Shown: positions 23,566 through 31,100, numbered from the stretch's first letter. The stretch: DNA of 32,000 bases from Haloferax volcanii DS2 (GCF_000025685.1 NC_013964.1:30001-62000), one strand, 5' to 3'. Notes: generated by a model from the letters alone, not told the origin. Numbers and translations are program-made.

Positions 23566-24941
23566 GCGGCGACCTCCCGGCGGCCGTCGGCGTCGGCGTC
23601 CTCGATTGCGGCCTCGACGGCGTCCGCGAAGATGCTCCCGACGGCGTCCACGTCGCTCGGACTGACGACGAGCGGCGGGAGGAACCGGACGACGCTCCCG
23701 TGGCGGCCGCCGAGTTCGAGGATGAGGCCGCGGTCGAAACACGCCTCGCGGACGGCGTCAGCGAGGTCCGGATTCGCCGGGTAGCGCCCGCAGGCGTCGG
23801 ATTCGCCCGCGGGGTCGACGAGTTCGACGCCGAGCATCAGCCCGCGACCGCGCACGTCTCCGACGGCGTCGTGGGCGCGCTCGGTCGCGTCGAGGTGGCC
23901 GCGGAGCCGCTCGCCCATGCGCGCGGCGTGGTCGTCGAGGTCGTGTTCGAGGACGTGTTCGATGGTGGCGATACCGGCGGCCATCGCCAGCTGGTTTCCC
24001 CGGAAGGTGCCGGCGTGCGCACCCGGCTCCCAGACGTCGAGCGACTCGTCGTAGACGACGACCGAAAGCGGGAGCGACCCGCCGATGGCCTTCGAGAGCG
24101 TGACCGCGTCCGGGACGATGTCGGCGTGCTCGAAGGCGTACAGTTCGCCGGTCCGGCCGAGACCGGTCTGAATCTCGTCGACGACCAGCGGGATGTCGCG
24201 TTCGCGGGTCATCCGCCGCACCTCGCGGGTCCAGTCGTCGGGCGCGGGAATCGCGCCGCCCTCGCCCTGCACGAGTTCGACCACCATCCCCGCGGGCTCG
24301 GTGATGCCGCTTTCGGGGTCGTCGAGGGTGCGCTCGACGTACCGGGCGGCGAGTTCGTGGCACTCGTCGCCGCCGACGCCGAACGGACACCGATACTCGT
24401 ACGGATACGGAAGGTGGTGTACGTCGGGCATCAGGCCGGGGACGTTCTCCTTCGGGTCGGTGTCGCCCATCAGGCTCAGCGCGCCGTTGGTCATGCCGTG
24501 GTAGCCGCCCTGAAACCCGAGAACGCTCCGGTTGCCCGTCGCGGTTTTGACGAGTTTGAGCGCGGCCTCGACGGCGTCGGTCCCGGCGGGGCTACAAAAC
24601 TGCACCCGCGCGCTGTCAGCGAACTCGTCGGGGAGGCTGTCGAACAGCGTGTCGACGAACCGCTCCTTGACGGGCGTCGTGATGTCGAGGGTGTGGAGCG
24701 GGCGGTCCTCCGCGAGGACGCGTTCCATCGCCTCGACCACTCTCGGGTGGTTGTGTCCGAGCGCGAGCGTGCCGGCCCCCGCGAGGCAGTCGTAGTACTC
24801 CTCGCCGTCCATGTCGGTGACGGTGACGCCCGAGGCCTCCCGTATCGCGTGCGGGAGGTGTCGGGGATAGGTCCGCGCGCTCGACTCGCGGGCGGCCTGC
24901 TGTTCGAGCAACGCCTCGTTGCCGGCTGCCGGGTCGGTCAT
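23562..24941 (-). CDS. dat: L-2,4-diaminobutyrate:2-oxoglutarate aminotransferase (class III aminotransferase, RhbA-like)
   Basis: 459-aa class III aminotransferase (GFQGGYHG, DEIQTGLGRTG, LSKAIGG PLP-lysine context). It is preceded by a GGAGG Shine-Dalgarno-like element (24950-24954 on the minus strand), 8 nt before the ATG. Confidence 0.85.
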   Translation of the reverse strand: MTDPAAGNEALLEQQAARESSARTYPRHLPHAIREASGVTVTDMDGEEYYDCLAGAGTLALGHNHPRVVEAMERVLAEDRPLHTLDITTPVKERFVDTLFDSLPDEFADSARVQFCSPAGTDAVEAALKLVKTATGNRSVLGFQGGYHGMTNGALSLMGDTDPKENVPGLMPDVHHLPYPYEYRCPFGVGGDECHELAARYVERTLDDPESGITEPAGMVVELVQGEGGAIPAPDDWTREVRRMTRERDIPLVVDEIQTGLGRTGELYAFEHADIVPDAVTLSKAIGGSLPLSVVVYDESLDVWEPGAHAGTFRGNQLAMAAGIATIEHVLEHDLDDHAARMGERLRGHLDATERAHDAVGDVRGRGLMLGVELVDPAGESDACGRYPANPDLADAVREACFDRGLILELGGRHGSVVRFLPPLVVSPSDVDAVGSIFADAVEAAIEDADADGRREVAA

Positions 24942-24993
24942 CGCGCTTCCCTCCGTTGATTCGTCGTCAGTCTATCGCTGTCGAGCATGCATG

Positions 24994-25011
24994 TTTTAGG
25001 CCGGCCTAAAA
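24994..25011. promoter_or_regulatory. perfect 18-bp palindrome TTTTAGGCCGGCCTAAAA upstream of the dat operon (iron-box-like operator candidate, site 1)
   Basis: It is self-complementary over all 18 nt. On the minus strand it is preceded by the TATA-like CTTTTGTG (25020 to 25013) and followed after 1 nt by an ATG (24992). Confidence 0.55.
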
Positions 25012-25035
25012 GCACAAAAGGTTTACTGCAATCTG

Positions 25036-25050
25036 ATTTTCAGTGAAAAT
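25036..25050 (-). terminator. A/T-rich palindrome ATTTTCA-g-TGAAAAT with a T4 run on the minus strand; terminator candidate for the 25300-leftward transcript
   Basis: 7-bp arms seen in the sequence. The minus strand reads GAAATTTTCACTGAAAATC. It lies between the orphan promoter (site 2) and the dat promoter (site 1). Confidence 0.3.
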
Positions 25051-25192
25051 TTCGGGACAGCGCAACCGCTCGTCGGCCGCGACGACCGACTCGCGGCGAC
25101 CGGTCCTACGGTCCAGTTGGGTGCTCTTCCGACGGACGGAGTCGGTGGTCGGTCGCGTTCCGGGGTCCGCCCCGCCCCACCCCGCCGCGGAC

Positions 25193-25300
25193 TCACCTCG
25201 CTTTCGCTCGGCGGAACACCTCCATGAGCGGGGGTTCTCCCTCGACGAACCACGCTGCGGTGACCGCCGGGGACACGCCCATATCTTGGCTCACTGCCAT
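25193..25300 (-). CDS. hypothetical 35-aa small ORF (MAVSQDMGVSPAVTAAWFVEGEPPLMEVFRRAKAR) at the 5' end of a putative iron-regulated small transcript; it may instead be non-coding
   Basis: The ATG lies 2 nt after palindrome site 2, positioned like the binding-protein ATG relative to site 3 (1-nt offset). A TATA-like TTATCATA lies at -28..-21. Third codon positions are mostly G/C. It is too short for the supplied ORF track, and no homology is known to me. Confidence 0.25.
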   Translation of the reverse strand: MAVSQDMGVSPAVTAAWFVEGEPPLMEVFRRAKAR

Positions 25301-25302
25301 AT

Positions 25303-25320
25303 TTTTAGGATAGCCTAAAA
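25303..25320. promoter_or_regulatory. palindrome TTTTAGG-ATAG-CCTAAAA (iron-box-like operator candidate, site 2), orphan
   Basis: 7-bp perfect arms. The core TTAGGATAGCCTAA matches 13 of 14 positions of the first 14 nt of the DtxR consensus as I recall it (TTAGGTTAGCCTAACCTAA). It lies about 80 nt downstream of the binding-protein stop and is not upstream of any annotated gene. Confidence 0.5.
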
Positions 25321-25398
25321 TATGATAAGCGTTCTGGCGGGACGCGCCGCTTGACGGGTGGGCGAAGAGAGAAAGCGGGGCCGCGAACCCGGGGCGAG

Positions 25399-26601
25399 TT
25401 ACAGGTTCCCGTTGGCGATGTCCGCGACGCGCTGGGCGTCGAACAGGCGCTCGTCGGCGTCGTACAGGGTCCGCGCGAGGCGGTCCGTCACGACGAGGTT
25501 CGTGATGGGGCCCTGATAGAGCGCGCCGGCGCGGTAGACGTCGCCGTTCTGGACGGCGGTGAGTTCGCCCGCCACCTCGTGGTTTTCCATGAACGAGACC
25601 ACGGTGTTCTGGAACTCCTCGCGTGTCTTGGCCTCCTGTCCGCGCACGAGGAGCACTTCGGGGTCGACCTCAAGCAGCGTCTCGAAGTCGACCGCGCCGC
25701 GGTTGCTGTAGAAGTCCCGCACCTCGGTCGTCGCGAGCGCGTCGTTGACTTTCAGGTCGTTGAGATGCTTGAAGCTCGTCCCCTCGTCGATGACGTAGGG
25801 GTAGAACTCCTCTGGCTCGTCGCCGCCGGCCCAGACGACCGCGGCCGAGGGCCGCTCGCCCTGCGCGGGGACGACCGGCGCGAGGTTCGACTGGAACTCC
25901 TCGTGGACCTGTTCGAACGCCTCGAAGCGGTCCTCGCGCTGGAACACCTGCGCGAACTTCTCGAACGCCTCGTAGAGAGTGTAGTAGCGGTAGTCCTCGT
26001 GCCACGCGTAGCCGCGCGAGAAGATGCTGTTGCCGAAGAACGGCCCGACCTGCGTGCTGATTTCCTCGATGTCGGCCTCGCTCCACTGGCCGCGGTTCAG
26101 GAGGAAGTTCGGGTCGGCGATGTGCACGTCCGCGTTCAGCTCGTAGAACTGCTCTTTGCCGACGCCGCTGTCGCCCCACAGCTGGCGGATGGACGACTTG
26201 TCGACGCTCACGTCCGGAATCTCGTCGTAGTACTGCGTGTGGTACCGGCCGGGGAGCCAAACGCCCATCGGCGTGTCGAGCCCGAGCGCGACGCCCATGT
26301 CGGCCCAACTGCCGTTGTTCGCAATCCACGCCTCCGGGACCGAATCGAACGTGACCTCGCCGACCGGCTCTATCGACACCGAGTAGGACTCCGCCGCCTC
26401 GGTCGTCGTCTCTGTCTCGGTCTCCGTCGCCGCCTCGGTCGTCGCGGCCGTGGTCGTCTCGGGCTCGGACGCCGTCGTCGTCGTCTCCGACCCGCTCCCG
26501 CCGGTACAGCCGGCGAGCAGGCCGCCTGCGATGACCGCGCCGCCGTACTGGAGGTACTCGCGCCGCGTCGATTCCCGTCCGCTTTGTCCGTCGTTTGCCA
26601 T
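25399..26601 (-). CDS. iron(III)-siderophore ABC transporter substrate-binding lipoprotein (periplasmic binding protein, FecB/FhuD-type), Tat signal plus lipobox
   Basis: 400-aa ORF with a twin-arginine motif (STRREYLQY), a lipobox (LLAGC), a Thr/Glu/Ala-rich linker and a type-2 periplasmic-binding-protein-like body. It lies next to the siderophore operon. No cognate permease or ATPase is in the window. Confidence 0.85.
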   Translation of the reverse strand: MANDGQSGRESTRREYLQYGGAVIAGGLLAGCTGGSGSETTTTASEPETTTAATTEAATETETETTTEAAESYSVSIEPVGEVTFDSVPEAWIANNGSWADMGVALGLDTPMGVWLPGRYHTQYYDEIPDVSVDKSSIRQLWGDSGVGKEQFYELNADVHIADPNFLLNRGQWSEADIEEISTQVGPFFGNSIFSRGYAWHEDYRYYTLYEAFEKFAQVFQREDRFEAFEQVHEEFQSNLAPVVPAQGERPSAAVVWAGGDEPEEFYPYVIDEGTSFKHLNDLKVNDALATTEVRDFYSNRGAVDFETLLEVDPEVLLVRGQEAKTREEFQNTVVSFMENHEVAGELTAVQNGDVYRAGALYQGPITNLVVTDRLARTLYDADERLFDAQRVADIANGNL

Positions 26602-26604
26602 GTC

Positions 26605-26622
26605 TTTTAGGCCTCCCTAAAT
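26605..26622. promoter_or_regulatory. palindrome TTTTAGG-CCTC-CCTAAAT (iron-box-like operator candidate, site 3) between TATA and ATG of the binding-protein gene
   Basis: On the minus strand TTTAGG is at -20..-15 and CCTAAA at -10..-5 relative to ATG 26601. The TATA-like TTTTAA (26630 to 26625) lies 23 nt before the ATG. Confidence 0.55.
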
Positions 26623-26641
26623 GGTTAAAACGTCTTCGGAA

Positions 26642-26656
26642 TTTAGGCGAGCCTAA
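26642..26656. promoter_or_regulatory. degenerate palindrome TTTAGG-CGAG-CCTAA (site 4), upstream of the binding-protein TATA box
   Basis: Same arm sequences and 4-nt spacer as sites 1-3, with one arm one base shorter. Its centre lies 36 bp from the centre of site 3. Confidence 0.4.
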
Positions 26657-26689
26657 CTACCTTCGCGCGGGGCGGGGGAAGGAGGCGGC

Positions 26690-27502
26690 TCAGTCCGCCG
26701 CGTCGACGGGCGCTCTGACGGCGAGCACCGAGAGGTCCGAGTACGGCGTCGAGTCGGGGCCGCTCCCGCCGGCCGAATCGCGCAGGCCGCCGAGCGTGGT
26801 CCGGGTGATTCGCTCGTCGTCGTGGGTCAGTCGTTCGAGCACGAGCGCGTCCAGCGACGCGTCTGCGTCCGAATCGAGGAGGAACTCGGCGATGTCGCCC
26901 GGCATCCAGTCGAACGGTCGCGGCAGGACGAGCAGGTGGCGCTCGCCGGCCGCCTCGGCCAATCGGTCGAGGTCGGCGTCGAGCGACCCGCTTTTGTGGA
27001 GCGTGACGAACCGCGTGTCCTCCATCGGCGTCCGGGCGCGACTCGCGGCTATCTGGAGCGACGAGATGCCCGGAATCACCCGCACCGGTCGCTCGACGGT
27101 CCGCTGGACCTTTCCGAGGAACTGGTAGCCCGAGTGGTTCGGGTCACCCATGAGCACCGCCGTCCCCCGGTCGCCGGCCGCGACGCGCCGCCCGAACTCG
27201 GCCAGCGCGTCGGCCTCGTCGGCGTAGCCGCAGGTGAGCAGGTCGGCGTCGGTCTCGTCGGCGACGAAGTCGACGACCGTCTCGAAGCCGACGACCACGT
27301 CGGCCTCTCGAATCGCCTGCCGCCCGCGGGGCGTCAGATACTCAAGATTCCCGGGGCCGACGCCGACCGCGTAGACCGGCGCGTCGGCGTCCTCGCCGCC
27401 CCCGTCGGTTTCGTCGATGCTCGGTTCGGGCGCGGCCGCGGCGAACGCCGCCGGGTCAGGTCCCGAATCGAGGTCGTACGGGTCGCTCTCGTCCTCACTC
27501 AT
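26690..27502 (-). CDS. cbiE: tetrapyrrole (corrin) methyltransferase, most like cobalt-precorrin-7 C5-methyltransferase CbiE / CobL N-domain, with acidic N-terminal extension
   Basis: TP-methylase fold signature VGVGPGNLEYLT...ADVVVG. The size and C-terminus fit CbiE. It is translationally overlapped with cbiC (8 nt). The exact methyltransferase subtype is inferred, not proven. Confidence 0.65.
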   Translation of the reverse strand: MSEDESDPYDLDSGPDPAAFAAAAPEPSIDETDGGGEDADAPVYAVGVGPGNLEYLTPRGRQAIREADVVVGFETVVDFVADETDADLLTCGYADEADALAEFGRRVAAGDRGTAVLMGDPNHSGYQFLGKVQRTVERPVRVIPGISSLQIAASRARTPMEDTRFVTLHKSGSLDADLDRLAEAAGERHLLVLPRPFDWMPGDIAEFLLDSDADASLDALVLERLTHDDERITRTTLGGLRDSAGGSGPDSTPYSDLSVLAVRAPVDAAD

Positions 27503-28175
27503 GATTTGCGAGGTCCACGTCGCCGTTGCGAACGTCGCTGGCGACGTGAATCAGTTCGTTCGTGAGCGCGGCGGCGAGACCGCTTCCGCCGCGTTTCCCG
27601 ACGTTCGTCACCGCGGGCACGCCGTACTCGTCGGCTACGTCGCGGACGCGCTTCCTGCTTTCTTCGGCCTTCACGAAGCCGACGGGCGTCGCCACGACGG
27701 CCGCCGGTCGGGTTCCGTTCTCGATGCAGTCGCAGAGCGCCAACGCGGCGGTCGGCGCGTTGCCGACGACCGCGATAGCGCCGTCGTAGACGCCCTCCTT
27801 GTCGAGTTCGAGCACCGCGGCCGCGGTCCGGGTCATGCCCGTTTCGGCGGCGAGTTCGGCCCCGTTGCCGATTGCCTTCCGCACCTGGCAGTCGTGGCCG
27901 CGGCCGGTGATGCCGGCTTTCGCCATCGTGATGTCGGTCACGACGGGGCGCTCGTCGAGGACGGCCCTCGCGCCCGCGACGACCGGGTCGTTCTGGCACC
28001 GGATGAGGTGCTGGAACTCGATGTCGCCGGTCGAGTGGACTGCCTTCTGTCGGAGTCGGTCGTTAAGCGTCTCGTCGGGGACGAACGTCCGGACGATGTC
28101 CATGCTCGTCTCCGCGATGTCCATCGCTTCCTGCGTCGTCGCGCCGAGGTCGGCGTAGGCGTCTCGTTCAGTCAT
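27495..28175 (-). CDS. cbiC: cobalt-precorrin-8 methylmutase (CbiC/CobH)
   Basis: 226-aa ORF with CbiC/CobH features (HSTGD, VVGNAPTAL, GFV.A.ESK). It overlaps the cobN stop by 8 nt. Confidence 0.85.
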   Translation of the reverse strand: MTERDAYADLGATTQEAMDIAETSMDIVRTFVPDETLNDRLRQKAVHSTGDIEFQHLIRCQNDPVVAGARAVLDERPVVTDITMAKAGITGRGHDCQVRKAIGNGAELAAETGMTRTAAAVLELDKEGVYDGAIAVVGNAPTAALALCDCIENGTRPAAVVATPVGFVKAEESRKRVRDVADEYGVPAVTNVGKRGGSGLAAALTNELIHVASDVRNGDVDLANHE

Positions 28176-31100
28176 TGGATTGGGTCTGCGTCATCGCGTT
28201 CGTCGTGTTCGCTTCGAGGTCGCCTTCGACGGAGAGGTTGATGTCCTGCAACCGCTCTCTCACGTCGTCGTCGGCGTCCCACAGGTCGCGGTCGATGGCT
28301 TCGAGGAACGTCGCGGTGATGCTTTCGAGCGCCCACGGGTTCACGTCGCGCAGCCACTCCTGTCGGTCCTCGTCGAAGGCGTAGGCGTCCGCGAGGTGCT
28401 CCCAGAGCGTGTCGCTGACGACGCCCGTGGTCGCGTCCCAGCCGAGCGCGACGTCGACCGTGGTCGAGAGGTCGCCCGCGCCCTTGTAGCCGTGTTCCTC
28501 CATGCTGTCGAGCCAGTCGGGGTTGAGGACGCGCGCCCGCATCGCCTTGCGGACCTTCTCCTCGTTCGTGTAGACGCTGACGTTGTCGGGGTCGCTGGAG
28601 TCGCCGACGTACGAGGCCGGGTCGCTCCCGGAAATCTCACCGACCGCGGAGACGAACCCGCCGTGGAAGGCGTACCAGTCGGAGGAGTCGAACTCGTCCT
28701 GTTCGGCGGTGTCCTCGATTTTCACGGTCGCCTCGACCCCGCTCAAGCGGCGCTCGAAGGCGTCGTGAGCTTCGGTCACCTTGCCGCGACTCCCGAGGGC
28801 GTAGCCGCCCCACTGGACGAACACGTCCGCGAGGTCGCTCCGGTCGTCCCACTCGCCCTCGTCGACGGCCTTGTTCGTCCCCGCGCCGTAGCCGCCGGGC
28901 GTCGTCGTGAACACGCGGTGTTTGGCCAGTGTCTCGGCCTCGTCGGGGTCGACGCCCTCCGATTCGAACTCGGCGGCGTCCTCCTCGACGTGCTTTTTCA
29001 CGTAGTTCATCTCGTGGGGCTCGTCGAGGTCGACCACCGCGTCGACGGCGTCGTTGACGACGCTCGCGGCCTGCGGGAACGCGTCGCGGAACAGCCCCGA
29101 GACGCGGGTCGTCACGTCGATTCGCGGCCGGTCGAGGTCGTCCAGCGGAATCGGCTCCACGTCGTCGACGCGGCCCGCGTCGGTCCACACCGGTTCGACG
29201 CCCATGAACGCGAGCACCTGCGCGATGGTCTCGCCGCGGGTCCGGACCGTCGGCGTCCCCCACGCGACGACCCCGAACTCCTCGGGATACTCGCCGTGGT
29301 CGTCGTAGTGGCGGTCGAGGACGCCCTCGGCGACGCGCTCGCCGACGCTCCACGCCGGCTTGGCCGGGACTTTCCGCGGGTCAAGCGTGTAGAAGTTCCG
29401 CCCGGTCGGCAGCAGGTCCACCCCGCCGCGGGTCGGCGCGCCGGAGCCGCCGGGGCGGACGTACTCGCCGTCGAGGGCGTCGGCGGTCTGCGGAATCTCG
29501 TTTTCCGCGGCCGCGACTCGCGGGGCTGCCTCGTCGCAGATGAACGCCAGCACCTCGCGGAGGTCGTCGTGCGCGCCGCGCTTGGCCCGCGCGTCCCCGA
29601 GTTGGTCGATATCGACCACGAGCAGGTTCATGTTCACCTCGTCGTCGGGGCCGGCGTCGACCTCCGACTCGGGCACGTCGAAGTCGCGTTCCGCGAGTGC
29701 GGAGACCAGTTCGACGCACTGGTCGTAGACGCGGTCTGCGGCCTCCGAGAGATACATCCCGAGGTCGTCGTCGTACGTCCCCGGCTCGTCCCGCATCCGG
29801 TCGTAGTCGACGCCCATGACGCCCGCGACGCTCTCGCGGAGACTCGGCGTGTCCGCGTTCGGGAGGCGGGTGAGCGCGACGAGGTACTCCACGAGTCGGT
29901 CGTTTGCGGGCGGTTCGCCCATCGTGTGGAGGCCCATCCGAATCTGCGTCGTCTTCACGTCGGTCAGGTACTCGTGGACGCGCTCGACGAGTTCGTCGAA
30001 CTCGACTTCGGCCTCGTCGGAGCCGACATCGCCGTCCGCGCCGCGGATGGCCTCGGCGTCGTCGAACCCGAGTTCGGCCGCGAGGTCGAGGTCGTCGACC
30101 GCGTCGACGAGGAGTTCGCGGAGTTGGTCGCCGCGCTCGGGGCGGGCCTCGTCCATGCCGGCCTCGCGGTACTCGCGGGCGAGTTCCTCGAGGTCCGCGA
30201 GGTCGTCGTAGGTTCCCGCGGTGCGCATGACCGGCGTGAGGTAGTCCACGATGGCCGCGTACGACCGGCGCTTGGCCTGCGTCCCCTCGCCGGGGTTGTT
30301 GATGATGTACGGGTAGACGTTCGGGAGGTCCGAAACCAGTTGGTCCGGCGCGCTCTCGCCGTTCAGCCCGACGGTCTTGCCGGGGAGCCATTCGAGGCTG
30401 CCGTGGGTGCCGAGGTGGACCACGGCGTCGGCCTCGAACGACTCGCGGAGCCACGCGTAGAACGCCACGTAGTCGTGCGGCGGCTGGAGGTCCGAATCGT
30501 GGTACACCTTCGAGGGGTCCATCCCGAAGCCGCGCGGGGGCTGGACGGTCACGAGGACGTTCTCGAACTCGACGCCCGGAATGGCAAAGGGTCGCTCCGG
30601 CGGGTCGCCCCACTCCTCGACGACGTTGTCGCGGAAGCGGTCGTCGGCGTCAGCGAACCAGTCGGCGTACTGGTCGGGAGCCACCACGTCGACGCTCAGG
30701 TCCCGCACGTCCTCGGGGGCGACCCAGCGGTCGTCCAACGTCAACTGCGAGGTGAGGTCGTCGATGAGCGCCTGCCCGTCCGCGGGGAGGTCACCGACGG
30801 CGTAGCCCCGCTCCCGGAGTTCGGACAGGAGATTGACCGTGCTCTCGGGGCTGTCCATCCCGAAGGCCGTCCCGATGCCGTCGTCGCTCGGCGGGTAGTT
30901 GTGGAGGACGACCGCGACGTTCTTCTCGTCGTTCGGGAGGTGGCGGAGCCGCGCCCAGTTGACCGCGAGGCGGGCGACGTGGTCGACGCGGTCCTCGATG
31001 GGGAAGTGCTGTTTCGGCGCGCTCCCGACGCCCGCCTCGTCTTCCATCCGCTCTTTCCCGCTTATCGGGTGGGTGATGACGTTGCCGTCGAACTCGGGGA

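Noticed and set aside
25167-25186. A G-rich run on the minus strand (GGGG-T-GGGG-C-GGGG flanked by GG doublets), considered as a G-quadruplex.
   Set aside because: It has only three runs of four G plus GG doublets, so a canonical four-run three-tetrad quadruplex is not supported. In 65-70 percent GC DNA such runs are not rare. It is mentioned only as part of the structured region of the putative small transcript.
25043-25318. A 91-aa plus-strand ORF (GTG start) that almost exactly fills the space between palindrome sites 1 and 2. It ends in a Cys/His-rich patch (CGDRRGHAHILAHCH).
   Set aside because: It is very basic and Arg/Ser/Pro-rich, which is atypical for acidic haloarchaeal proteins. 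It needs a GTG start without convincing promoter spacing, and its stop falls inside the palindrome by chance of the TAA in CCTAAA. The minus-strand reading has the better promoter geometry. It is noted as an alternative only.
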